Source of the DNA: an uncultured Actinomycetota bacterium
GTDB lineage: Bacteria > Actinomycetota > Actinomycetes > JAHEKZ01
DNA: 64,000 nt
Direction of reading: 5' to 3'
NCBI GenBank assembly: GCA_963726575.1
Contig: CAVSCR010000007.1
Coordinates: 193,948 to 257,947, forward strand
Position 1 is the first letter of the stretch. The number at the start of each line of letters is the position of its first letter. A model generated the notes under the pieces. That model did no database searches and was not told the DNA's origin. It saw nothing but the letters and a program-made list of their open reading frames with translations. The position numbers were made by a program, and so were the translations under genes. Positions 40,227 to 49,939 of the stretch are shown here, one piece after another.

Positions 40227-41614
40227 CGACCGCTGACGATCAGCGCCGCGGCCGCCCGGTCGAGCGCATTGTGCGCGGCGTCGGTGGAGGGAACGCCGCC
40301 GGCGACGAAGGCGAACGCCAGGAGTCGGCCGGTCCTGGTCACCACGAGCCCCACCTCCGCGCTGGTACCGCTGAGCGTGCCGGTCTTCGCGCGGACGACG
40401 CCGGCTCCGAGTCGCTGGGGACCGCTCAGGTAGCGATCGTCCAGCGTCCCGGTGAACCCCGCCACGGGGAGACCGGCACCGATGGGCGCCAACGTGGGGT
40501 CGCTCACCGCCTGGCAGATCGTGGCGGCCAGCCCCACGGCGGTGGCGCGGTCAGCGCGGCTCAGCCCACTCGCGTCGTACACCTGCCACCCGGTCACCGG
40601 AAGGTGACGCCGTCCGGCTGCGTCCAGCAGGGCGGCCGACGCACCTCGGAACGAGGCGGGCTGACCGTCGGCGATGGCGCTGAGCCGCCCGAGCGACTCG
40701 GCGACCTGGTTGTCGCTGTCGCGCAGCATCTGCTCGATCACCGCGCCCAGCGGCGCCGACTCGACCGCCGCGACCACCTTGGCGGGGCCGACCTCGGATG
40801 AGTTGTCCGACCTGATGGCCCCATTGACGTGGATGCCACGCTGCGCCAACTGACCCGCGAACGTCTGCGACGCGTACAACGCGGGGTCGGCGACCCGGTC
40901 GTCCGACGTCACCGTGGCGCGACCTTCGTCGGCCATCAGCGCAACGACCGGCGCGACGACTCCCGTCGTCACGTAGTCGGCTGGCCACTTCGGGTTGACC
41001 GACGGACCGGTGAAGAGTGCCGCGTCATACGCCAACGTGATGTTCTGCTGACCGTGGTGATGCAGGTACTTGGCGGTCGCGTCGGCGAGTGCGGACAGCG
41101 ACGCGGGTCTCGTCGCTGGTGGACCGAGGCTCACCGGTTGCGACGCCAAGGTCGCATCACCACCGCCCACCAGCACGAGGTGGCCCGATGCCGGCATCAC
41201 CACGCGGGTCGTCAGACGATGGTCGGTGCCCAGCGCGTCGATCGCGGCGATCGCCGTCAAGAGCTTCAGGCTCGACGCCGGTGCCAGCGGTCGACCCGCC
41301 GACGCGGCATAGCGCACGCGCCCGGTGAGGCCGTCGGCCACGGCAACGCCGACCGGCCCGGTCAGCGCTGGGTCTGACAACGGACGCCGCAGCGTCGCCG
41401 CAATCTGGGCGGAGGTGATCGGACGTGTCGCGCCACCCACAGGTTGCAGCACCTGAACCACGTTGGGCTGCGGAATCGCCGTCGCGACCGCCACTGACGC
41501 AGACGTGCCCGACGCCTGTGCCGGAGCGGCCGCGAGGGCAAGGGCCACAACGACGGCAAGCCCGGCGGCCGTTCGCCGGCTCGCCGAGCAGCGGCGGACG
41601 GGGTTGCGGCGCAC
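40223..41614 (-). CDS. dacB: D-Ala-D-Ala carboxypeptidase/endopeptidase (peptidase S13)
   Basis: Signal-like N-terminus, ASSLK (SxxK), SDN, KTG; start uncertain. Confidence 0.92.
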   Translation of the reverse strand: MRRNPVRRCSASRRTAAGLAVVVALALAAAPAQASGTSASVAVATAIPQPNVVQVLQPVGGATRPITSAQIAATLRRPLSDPALTGPVGVAVADGLTGRVRYAASAGRPLAPASSLKLLTAIAAIDALGTDHRLTTRVVMPASGHLVLVGGGDATLASQPVSLGPPATRPASLSALADATAKYLHHHGQQNITLAYDAALFTGPSVNPKWPADYVTTGVVAPVVALMADEGRATVTSDDRVADPALYASQTFAGQLAQRGIHVNGAIRSDNSSEVGPAKVVAAVESAPLGAVIEQMLRDSDNQVAESLGRLSAIADGQPASFRGASAALLDAAGRRHLPVTGWQVYDASGLSRADRATAVGLAATICQAVSDPTLAPIGAGLPVAGFTGTLDDRYLSGPQRLGAGVVRAKTGTLSGTSAEVGLVVTRTGRLLAFAFVAGGVPSTDAAHNALDRAAAALIVSGR

Positions 41615-41733
41615 GCAGCACCCCCTTGGGTTGGTCGTCGTCGCGTACGGGACACTAAGCCATTGTTTGGGGCCCTCTGTTCGGGCCGACCGTTCGGGCC
41701 AACCGTTGGCTGGATACCCAAGAGGGGCGTGTC

Positions 41734-42219
41734 GTGGACTTCGAGGTCTTCGTGGAGATCCCACAGGGCCACCGGAACAAGTACGAGCTCGACAAGAGCA
41801 CGGGGCGGATCCGGTTGGACCGCATGCTCTTCACGTCGACGCGCTATCCAGCGGACTACGGCTTCATCGAGGAGACGCTGGGGCAGGACGGCGACCCGCT
41901 CGACGCGCTGGTCCTGCTCGACGAACCGACCTTTCCGGGTTGCATGGTGCGGTGTCGCGCCATCGGCATGTTCCGCATGACTGACGAGGCGGGCGGGGAC
42001 GACAAGGTTCTGTGCGTGCCGGCGAACGACCCTCGCAAGGAGCACCTGCGCGACATCCACCACGTTCCCGAGTTCGACAAGCTCGAGATCCAGCACTTCT
42101 TCGAGGTGTACAAGGACCTGGAACCGGGCAAGTCGGTCGAGGGTGCCACGTGGGTGGGGCGAGCCGAGACCGAGGCCGAGATCGAGGCATCGTTCGCCCG
42201 GTACCGCAAGACTCTTTAG
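41734..42219 (+). CDS. ppa: Inorganic pyrophosphatase
   Basis: [32 protein letters not shown]. Confidence 0.97.
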   Translation: MDFEVFVEIPQGHRNKYELDKSTGRIRLDRMLFTSTRYPADYGFIEETLGQDGDPLDALVLLDEPTFPGCMVRCRAIGMFRMTDEAGGDDKVLCVPANDPRKEHLRDIHHVPEFDKLEIQHFFEVYKDLEPGKSVEGATWVGRAETEAEIEASFARYRKTL

Positions 42220-42231
42220 CCCAGCCGGCGG

Positions 42232-43489
42232 CTACGGGCGCGCGAACCCGAACAACGAACTGCGATCGACACTCGCGTAGCGCACGACCTCACCGGTGTA
42301 GGGCGCTTCGATCATGGTGCCGTTCCCCACGTACAACCCCACGTGGTAGATGTCGGTGTACTTCGGGCCGTCGGCGAAGAACACCAGATCGCCTGGCTGG
42401 GCGTTCGCCCGCGACACGGGCGTCGACTCGGCGTACTGGTAGATCGCTGAGTGGTAGAGCGCGACGCCTGCCGGCCTCCCAGGCCCGCATCGTCAGGCCC
42501 GAGCAGTCGAACACGTCCGGCCCCGCCCCGCCGTAGACGTAGGGCTTTCCCAGCTGCGCAACGGCATACGCGACGGCTGCCGCAGCCCCGTGCCCTGCGG
42601 GCGGCGGTGTCGGTGTGGGATCCGGCGTCGGAGTGGGGTCGGGGGTGGGGGTCGTCCCACCGCCGGAACCACCGTTTGATCCGCCGCCACTGTTGGTCTG
42701 CTGCTGGTCGAGCCACGCCGTTCGAGCCGCGCTGAGGTCGGCGACGGTGGTGCGCGCCTTTCCGAGTGCGTCACTGAGGCGGTTGATGCGATCGACGAGC
42801 GCGCTGAGCTCGGCCTGCTGGCTCTGGAGTGCCTGCTTGGCAGCATCGCGCGCCGCAGCCATCGCGCGGGTGTCGGATCGCACGCGCACCAACGCAGCGT
42901 GCGCCCGATGGTTCATCACGTCGGTGACCACGCTCGTGGCCTTTGCCGTGTCGACCAGCTGCTGTTGGTGGTCGGCGAGAACCGAGAGGGTTGCCGCCTC
43001 GGACAACACGTTGTCGGTCGAGCTGGACACCATGAGGGCCAGCGCCGGCGCAACCGGACCGCCGCTCATGTACTGCTCGGCCGCATAGCGCCCGAGCTCC
43101 TGACGCGTCGAGTCGAAGGCCTGCGCCGCTTGCTGAGCGTCGTGCCGGGCGAGCATCGCTTCTTCCTCGGTCTGGCTCAGCCGGATCTGGGCCGCCTGGT
43201 ATTGCTCGATCCTGGCTTCGGCCTGCTGCATGAGCCGATCGAGGGCCGCGCGATCGGCCGCGAGCCGGGCGCGCTGCTGAGCGAGGGATCCGCTCAACTG
43301 GTCGACCCGGTGCTGGCCAGCACTCACTTGGGACTTGGTCGGCGCACCGCTGCCGTCGCCGGACTGGGCCCCGGCCGGCGCCGCCGCGCAGAGACAGACC
43401 ACCGCAGTCAAGGCCGCGCAGAGCCCGCCCAGAACGGCGTTGGAGGCTGCGTGAGGGCGCGCGCGGAGAAGCCCGGAGGGGTACGGCAC
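42232..43489 (-). CDS. Secreted coiled-coil NlpC/P60 endopeptidase (RipA-like), split by a +1 indel near 42470-42475
   Basis: Signal, coiled-coil, G/PT linker, GKPYVYGG, FDCSGL; after one-base removal AGVALYHS..PGDLVFF..HVGLY..MIEAP. Confidence 0.9.
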
Positions 43490-43512
43490 GCGTTCGAAGG
43501 TATGTCCCAGGC

Positions 43513-43537
43513 GTCACAGAGGGAACACCTGTCACAG
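43513..43537. promoter_or_regulatory. GTCACAG direct repeats, MtrA-box-like
   Basis: GTCACAG at 43513 and 43531 just upstream of the NlpC/P60 start. Confidence 0.5.
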
Positions 43538-43569
43538 GAGAAACTTGGACATATTTTCATCGTCGCAGG

Positions 43570-44376
43570 TCAGACGGCGTGTCGCGCAGAGGTGTCGGGA
43601 GGGGGTTGTGAGCGACCGAACCCCAGATCCCAGGCCCGACCGCCACCGACCAGAGCCACTTCGTTGGCGATCAGGCTCACCTGCCGCCCGACCGCGCCGG
43701 GCCATCGGGCGACGTCCTCTGGGGAGAGCCGGGCGGCATTGCCGCCGCCCAAGTAGAGGTGGTCCCAGGCAAACACCGGGGCCAGCCAGGCGACCAGCTC
43801 ACCGACGCGAACGCGCCAGCCCGCGTCGCCGAGCGCTTGCCGCGCGAGCTCGCCGACGAAGTCGTCGGCGCTGATCCCGGCCGGGACTTGTGCCTGCGAC
43901 AGCTCTAGATGGGGAGCCAGCTCGCCCCGATCCGTCCACGCGCACCCGAGCCCGGTGCCCAACGTCAGCACCAGCTCTACGCCGCTGCCCACCACAGCAC
44001 CCGCCGCATGCAGCTCGGCGTCGTTGAGCACCAGGGTCGGCATGCCCAGCCAGTCGGTGATCGTGATGCGCGCGTCGAATCCCCACCATTGCTCGACGAG
44101 ATGGTCGGCCACGTCGGTCGAGGGTCCGGACGTGGTCACGTAGTGAGGAGTCGTGATCACCACGCCATGACGCACCATGCCGGGCAGCCCTACCGTCACC
44201 CGGTCAGCCGGCGGCAGTTGTTCGACTATCTCGAGCAGGACGTCGCGGAAGCGCTGCGTGGACAACGGGTAGGGGGTGGGGATGCGCAGCGGGCGCGTGA
44301 CCGGCGTGTTCGACGGATCCAGCACCGCCGCCTTGATCCCACCGCCACCACAGTCGATCGACAGCGTCCGTGTCAC
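43570..44376 (-). CDS. ROK family protein (polyphosphate glucokinase-like, no Zn motif)
   Basis: IDCGGGGIK, VGLPG, LNDA, LTLGTGLG, LYLGGGN. Confidence 0.85.
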   Translation of the reverse strand: MTRTLSIDCGGGGIKAAVLDPSNTPVTRPLRIPTPYPLSTQRFRDVLLEIVEQLPPADRVTVGLPGMVRHGVVITTPHYVTTSGPSTDVADHLVEQWWGFDARITITDWLGMPTLVLNDAELHAAGAVVGSGVELVLTLGTGLGCAWTDRGELAPHLELSQAQVPAGISADDFVGELARQALGDAGWRVRVGELVAWLAPVFAWDHLYLGGGNAARLSPEDVARWPGAVGRQVSLIANEVALVGGGRAWDLGFGRSQPPPDTSARHAV

Positions 44377-44403
44377 GCGCCCACCGTAGAACGGAACCGG
44401 TTA

Positions 44404-45810
44404 CTACGGGCAGGCCGTGCCGACACAGGACCGGGCTTGCAGCAGCTGCGCGTGCAGGGAAGCGACGTTCGGGTCGTTCGCGGTGTTCTTGTCACCGAGC
44501 AGATTGTTGAGCTGGTACGGATCGCTGACCAGGTTGTAGTACTCGGCGAAGATCCGGCCGCCAGTGGTGGCGTTGTACCATTCCACGTACTCCCAGGTCT
44601 TGCTGCGTAGTCCGGCCCACGGCCCCAGCGGGGAGTCCGCACTCTTGAAGTACTCCAGGAGCTCTTGAGCACGGGGCTGCGTCGTGAGGAGCGAACGGCC
44701 GTCCAACGGATGCTTCAGCACCGGAGTCACTCCCGACGCCTGCAGGAACGTCGGCATGAAGTCGGCCTGGGTCACGAGCTGGTCACTCGTCAGGCCGGCA
44801 CCGACGTGGCCGGGCCAGCTGACCAGCAGCGGCACCTGGATCGAGGGAAGGTAAGGGAAGCGCTTGTTCGCGCTGATCCGATGCTCGCCCCACAAGTAGC
44901 CGTTGTCGGAGGTGTAGATGGCGAGAGTGTTGCTGAGCTCGCCGTTCTTGCCCAGCTCGTCGACGATTCGCCCCACGAGGTCGTCAACGCTCATCAGGGT
45001 TCGCAGCTGCTGGGTCCGCAGGAGATTGGCAGACGTGAGGTCGACCAATCCGCGCCACTGCACCGACGGTGGCTTGTCACTGATGTCCGGCTCGTTGAAG
45101 TCCGGCCCCCGAACCCAGGCGGGCACCGCCGCATTGGCGTACTTGGGGGCCGGTGTGTACGGGGCGTGCGGCGCCTCTGGTGCAACGTAGAGGAACCAGG
45201 GCGCCGCATCGTTGGCCTCGAACTGGTCGAGGTACTTGACGGCGTAGTCGGCAGTGCGGTCGATGGCGTTACCTGCGGTCTTGGTCACCTTTCCATTCAC
45301 GTTGAACGACACGTTCGTGTACCCGCCGGACATGAACGCCCAGTTGTTGAAGTACTCGGGCTTGCGAGACAGCGGGTAGGTGTTCAGGAACTTGCCGGAC
45401 ATCGCCGTCTGGTAGCCCCCGGCCTGCAGGTAGGCCTCAATGGTGCCGGACTGGTCGAAGCTCCCGACCTCGGTCGGCATCCCGTTGCCGGTGATCCCGG
45501 TGTTGTGCGAGTAGCGGCCTGAGAGCATCGTCGAGCGCGACGGCGTGCAGAGGCTCGTCGTCACCGACGCGTTCGTGTACGTCGTCCCGCGCTGTCCGAA
45601 GAACGCCTGCACGCGCGGCATCACCGAGAGCGTGTCGGCTCGCTGGTCGTCGGTGTTGATCAACAAGATGTTCGGCGCCCCAACAGGTGCAGCGGCCGGT
45701 GCCTCGGAGGCGCGAGCCGGCGCCAGCGCGCTGGAGGTTCCGACCAGCGCCGCGCCGACTGCACCCGCCGCCGCGCAGGCCAAGAACGTTCGATGTGCGG
45801 AGCACGTCAC
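44404..45810 (-). CDS. Secreted Cys-type sulfatase (GlcNAc-6-sulfatase-like)
   Basis: PNILLINTDDQ, LCTPSR (CxPxR), GKFLN, APHAP, TSDNG; signal-like N-terminus, start uncertain. Confidence 0.92.
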   Translation of the reverse strand: MTCSAHRTFLACAAAGAVGAALVGTSSALAPARASEAPAAAPVGAPNILLINTDDQRADTLSVMPRVQAFFGQRGTTYTNASVTTSLCTPSRSTMLSGRYSHNTGITGNGMPTEVGSFDQSGTIEAYLQAGGYQTAMSGKFLNTYPLSRKPEYFNNWAFMSGGYTNVSFNVNGKVTKTAGNAIDRTADYAVKYLDQFEANDAAPWFLYVAPEAPHAPYTPAPKYANAAVPAWVRGPDFNEPDISDKPPSVQWRGLVDLTSANLLRTQQLRTLMSVDDLVGRIVDELGKNGELSNTLAIYTSDNGYLWGEHRISANKRFPYLPSIQVPLLVSWPGHVGAGLTSDQLVTQADFMPTFLQASGVTPVLKHPLDGRSLLTTQPRAQELLEYFKSADSPLGPWAGLRSKTWEYVEWYNATTGGRIFAEYYNLVSDPYQLNNLLGDKNTANDPNVASLHAQLLQARSCVGTACP

Positions 45811-45996
45811 AGCCGACACCCCCAGAACCGGGTCCCATCCCCCACGCGTGTCATTCACCCAGGCCGTGGCCGATCCGGTCAGAGGCGGAAGGCCCGAGAG
45901 TCATTTCCTGTACGGATATACGGTATGGGGCGTATGCTGGTCCGCGCCGCGCCGAGGAGGCCGGCGAGCACCCGTGCCCTCGAGGAAGGCGTGTCG

Positions 45997-47094
45997 ATGT
46001 CCATCCCCTCCCGCCAGACGCTGCCGGGTCCCGACTACTACGACGAGGCCGTGTATCAGGTCGAGCGGGAACGGATCTTCCACCGGTCCTGGTTCTACGC
46101 GTGTCGGGCCGACCGGATCAGCGAGGCCGGGCAGTGGGTCACCGTCGACGTGGCCGGCGAGAGCGTCTTCGTCCTGCGCGGTGACGACGGGGTGGTGCGT
46201 GGCTTCTCCAATGTGTGTCGACACCGCGGTTCGCAGCTGTGCGACGGCGCCTCGGGGCAGACCAAGGGCGTCATCATGTGTCCCTACCACGCTTGGTGCT
46301 ACGACCTCACGGGCAAGCTCGTCGCCACGCCACGGGTCGGCCCCGACGAGATCGACCGCGAGAACTTGTCGTTGTGGCCGGTGCACGTGGACCAGTGGCA
46401 GGGCTTCGTATTCGTGAACCTCGATCGCGAGACGCCACGACCTCTGCGCGAGTCGATCGGTGGTCAGTACGACCAGCCGCTCTCGTTCGAACGCTTCGAT
46501 CTGGAGTCGCTGCGGGTCGGGTTCATGACCGAGAGCACCATCGCAGCGAACTGGAAGATCGCCATCGAGAACTACAGCGAGTGCCTGCACTGCCCACAGG
46601 TTCACCCCGAACTGGTGGCAGCTGTTCCGGCATATCGCTCGGGCTGGGTTCTCGATCCCGATCGTACCGATGGTGGCGTGGCGCTCGCCACGGGCGGCAA
46701 CAGCTACTCCGCCGACCCGAGCAAGCGGCTCACCCCGATGCCGAACATGAGCGAGGAGGAGGCGTCGTCGATCTACGGGGCGTCGATCTTCCCCAACATG
46801 TTCCTCGACATCGCGGGCGGCAGCGCTGTCGCCACCTGCCTGATCCCCGAAGGTCCGACGCAAACGCGGATCGTCACCGAATACCTGTTCGTCGAGCAGG
46901 ACATTGCGCGCGACGACTTCGACCCCAGCCCCGTCGTCGACTTCTGCGAACTGGTGGCCGGCCAGGACTACGCCGTATGCGAACGCGTCCAGCGAGGGGT
47001 TCAGTCGCGCGCGTTCACTCACGGCGTCTACCCGGCCAAGGACGAGTACGTCTACCGGTTCAACCAGCGGTATCTGGTTCATCGCGACGGCTAG
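45997..47094 (+). CDS. Rieske oxygenase alpha subunit (choline monooxygenase/GbcA-like)
   Basis: CRHRG and CPYH Rieske ligands; NWK..ENYSECLHC..VHP; QD..CERVQRG. Confidence 0.92.
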   Translation: MSIPSRQTLPGPDYYDEAVYQVERERIFHRSWFYACRADRISEAGQWVTVDVAGESVFVLRGDDGVVRGFSNVCRHRGSQLCDGASGQTKGVIMCPYHAWCYDLTGKLVATPRVGPDEIDRENLSLWPVHVDQWQGFVFVNLDRETPRPLRESIGGQYDQPLSFERFDLESLRVGFMTESTIAANWKIAIENYSECLHCPQVHPELVAAVPAYRSGWVLDPDRTDGGVALATGGNSYSADPSKRLTPMPNMSEEEASSIYGASIFPNMFLDIAGGSAVATCLIPEGPTQTRIVTEYLFVEQDIARDDFDPSPVVDFCELVAGQDYAVCERVQRGVQSRAFTHGVYPAKDEYVYRFNQRYLVHRDG

Positions 47095-47138
47095 ACCCGT
47101 CAGCGCAAGCGCTGCCGCGAGGCGCTAACGTCACGCGG

Positions 47139-47984
47139 GTGTCCTCGACCGACGCGCCTGCCCACCTGCGCTTCGTCGCACTCGGGGACTCGTTCACCGA
47201 GGGGCTCAGCGACATTGCCCGAGCCGACGGTCGGCCGCGCGGCTGGGCAGACCGACTCGCCGCTGCCCTCGCAACGCTCGAACCTGACTTCGACTACGCG
47301 AACCTCGCGGTCCGGGGGAAGCTGCTGGGCCAGGTGATTCTCGACCAGGCGACGCACCTGCCGGACCTGCTGGTCAAGCCCTCCCGAACACTCGTCAGCT
47401 TCCACGCCGGTGCCAACGACGTGTTGCGTCCGCGTTCGGACCTCCCGGACCTACGCAGTGAGTACGAGTTGGCCATCCGCGAGATCGTGTCGCACGGCAC
47501 GACTGTCATGGTCTTCACGGTGATCCCGCGAGCGGGTGGCACCGGCCGCACCGCCGCCCGTCTCGCTTCACGGTTCTCGGCGTTCAACGAGGGTGTGTAC
47601 GCGTGCGTGGATCGGTATGGGCTGACCCTGGTGGACCTCGCGAAGCTCGACGCATTGCAGGACCGGCGGCTCTGGAACGACGACCGGCTGCACCTGGCCC
47701 CCGAAGGACATCGACGTGTCGCGGCGGCGGCCCTTGCTGCGCTCGGCTGCACCGACGACTCGCTGCTGGGCGGCCCATCGGGCTGGTGGCGTCAGGCGCT
47801 ACCGCCTGACGGCACACGGAACCGTGGCGCTGATCTGGTCCACGACGCGCAGTGGGTGCGCAAGCACCTCGCCCCGTGGGTGGTAAGACGGGTGCGCGGT
47901 ACCTCGAGCGGAGACGGGATGTCGGCCAAGCAGCCCGAGCCCACACACGTGGTCCCTGCTCCCCTCTCCGCGGACACGGAATGA
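47139..47984 (+). CDS. SGNH/GDSL hydrolase
   Basis: ALGDSFTEG, NLAVRG, GANDV, DRLH. Confidence 0.92.
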   Translation: MSSTDAPAHLRFVALGDSFTEGLSDIARADGRPRGWADRLAAALATLEPDFDYANLAVRGKLLGQVILDQATHLPDLLVKPSRTLVSFHAGANDVLRPRSDLPDLRSEYELAIREIVSHGTTVMVFTVIPRAGGTGRTAARLASRFSAFNEGVYACVDRYGLTLVDLAKLDALQDRRLWNDDRLHLAPEGHRRVAAAALAALGCTDDSLLGGPSGWWRQALPPDGTRNRGADLVHDAQWVRKHLAPWVVRRVRGTSSGDGMSAKQPEPTHVVPAPLSADTE

Positions 47985-48826
47985 AGGCCGGCTTCGACAA
48001 GCTGACTCCGGTTCAGCGGAGACTCCTGGGAGAGTGGCTTCCGGACGCCGTCGTCGAGCGGGACCACAGCTGGGGTCTGGTCGAGACCACAGTTCTGGAA
48101 GTGACGGACGGCGAGGCGCGTCTGATCGTCAAGGCCGGCGGCGTCGACGACCACCACATCGAGCGCGAAGTGCGCGCTCACCTCGACTGGCTGCGACCCT
48201 TGACGTCGATCGGTCGCGCTCCACTCCTGCGCCACTGCGACGTCGGGGCCAAGCTGCTCGTCACGCACTATCTACCCGGCGCCATCGTGCAGGGAACCGA
48301 GCGTGCCGACGACCCGCGCACACACCTCCAAGCGGGCCAGCTTCTGGCACGGCTGCACGGGCAACCCGGTGTTACGGACGGCGACTACGAGAGGCGTGAG
48401 AATCTCCGGACCTTGGCGTGGCTGGACCAGGAACATCAGATCGCAGCGCAGACGGAGGTGCAGTTGCGAGCCGAGATCGGCTCGTGGCCGACACCGCCGG
48501 CCACTCTGGTTCCGACGCACGGCGACTGGCAGCCGCGCAACTGGCTGGTGCACAACGACTCAGTCAGCATCATCGACTTCGGACGCGCGGCGCTACGCCC
48601 GGCGATGTCGGACTTCGCCCGACTCGCCGCCCAGGATTTCGCGCGCGAGCCCTCGCTCGAGAGCGCCTTCCTGGACGGCTACGGATCCGAGCCCCGCGAA
48701 CCGGCGGCCTGGTATCGCGTTCGCGTCCGGGAGGCCGTCGGCACCGCCGTGTGGGCTTACCAAGTGGGTGACACCGCCTTCGAGGCGCAGGGACACGCGA
48801 TGATCGCCGACGTCTTGTCCCTCTGA
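47981..48826 (+). CDS. Aminoglycoside phosphotransferase-family kinase
   Basis: LIVK, LARLH, THGDWQPRN, IIDFG; ATGA coupling. Confidence 0.85.
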   Translation: MKAGFDKLTPVQRRLLGEWLPDAVVERDHSWGLVETTVLEVTDGEARLIVKAGGVDDHHIEREVRAHLDWLRPLTSIGRAPLLRHCDVGAKLLVTHYLPGAIVQGTERADDPRTHLQAGQLLARLHGQPGVTDGDYERRENLRTLAWLDQEHQIAAQTEVQLRAEIGSWPTPPATLVPTHGDWQPRNWLVHNDSVSIIDFGRAALRPAMSDFARLAAQDFAREPSLESAFLDGYGSEPREPAAWYRVRVREAVGTAVWAYQVGDTAFEAQGHAMIADVLSL

Positions 48827-48998
48827 CCCGCCGGCATCTCCCACAGGTCGGCCGCCCTATCGCCGCGAGTACGTAGCCGTTCAGCCGCTCAGATCCGATG
48901 CATGGGGCGCTTCGCAGTTGGACAGCTGGCTGCGCCGACGCAGAATCTGAGGCGGGCGATGAGCGTCCAACGACGGCGTTGGGCCCGGCAGACCTCGC

Positions 48999-49051
48999 CA
49001 AGCGACACTGGGGCACGGGATGGCACCCAGAGGGTCACGCAGTGTCGCTTG
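48999..49051. repeat. 12-bp inverted repeat with 29-nt spacer
   Basis: CAAGCGACACTG ... CAGTGTCGCTTG in a ~415-bp intergenic gap. Confidence 0.55.
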
Positions 49052-49241
49052 ATCTTGAAGTTATGAGGTCGCCAGGGCGCCAGAAGGTCGAATCCGCGTG
49101 CACGAGATCCGGCAGTACGTGCGGACCGTGCGATCGAGGTCGGAGTTCGGCGTCTCTTCGCTGGCTGCCGGATAGGTGCTTGACTGGGTGCCCTGCGGGA
49201 TGGGTGAGGTCGCGCAGCGAGTCCTATCTCAGGAGACCGAC

Positions 49242-49883
49242 ATGGCAGTACCTGTCGATGCCGTCACTGCATTCCATAACGCGTTCCGCGCCGATATGGC
49301 CACGATCGATGTCGCTGCGCTAGGGGCTGCCCAGGGTAAGTCTGGGCTGGAGGCCACGGTCGAACGATTCCGCTTCTTCAACGAAGTGTTGGACTGGCAC
49401 GCCCACGGCGAGGAAGAGGCGATCTTCCCTGCCCTGGAGGAAGTCGCCCCACTGGTTGCTTGGGCGTTCGCCCAGGACCACCGTGGTCTGGATGCGGCCT
49501 TCGCCGAGTTGAACAGATCTGTCTCGGTCCACGACCCGCTGGAGACCGCCCGGGCGACCGCGGCCTTCAAGTTCCACCTGGACCTGCATTTGTCCAAGGA
49601 GGATCGGCAGGTCTACCGCCTCATCCAGGAACGCGTTTCGATGCCCGACCAGGGCAAGGCGGTCGGGGTGATGGCGAGCTCGGTCCCGCAGGACCGGTTC
49701 CCCGAGGTCGTGGCGTGGCTCTATCCGCTGATCGGAGACGACGATCGGGAGAACATGACGCGGATCTGGCAACAGATGATGCCGCCGGAGGCATTCGCGG
49801 GGGCCTTGGTTCTGATCCGCCAGGCGATCGGAGCCGACTTCGCCGAGTTGGAGCGACGAATCCCCGAGCTGCCCGCAACCTGA
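49242..49883 (+). CDS. Hemerythrin-domain protein
   Basis: H..FR, HAHGEEEAIFP (HxxxE), DH, HLSKED; RBS AGGAG. Confidence 0.88.
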   Translation: MAVPVDAVTAFHNAFRADMATIDVAALGAAQGKSGLEATVERFRFFNEVLDWHAHGEEEAIFPALEEVAPLVAWAFAQDHRGLDAAFAELNRSVSVHDPLETARATAAFKFHLDLHLSKEDRQVYRLIQERVSMPDQGKAVGVMASSVPQDRFPEVVAWLYPLIGDDDRENMTRIWQQMMPPEAFAGALVLIRQAIGADFAELERRIPELPAT

Positions 49884-49939
49884 CCCGGCACGCGATGGGG
49901 AAGGAGGTCAGAATTGGGCTGGGTGCGGGGGCGCCGTGA

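Noticed and set aside
41679-41707. 13-bp tandem GTTCGGGCCRACC between dacB and ppa
   Set aside because: Only two copies; could be an operator or slippage but there is no support for either
43490-43569. c-di-AMP riboswitch expected before the NlpC/P60 gene
   Set aside because: Gap is only 80 bp and lacks the aptamer motifs
47981-48826. Aminoglycoside resistance gene
   Set aside because: Only generic APH-fold motifs; substrate cannot be inferred
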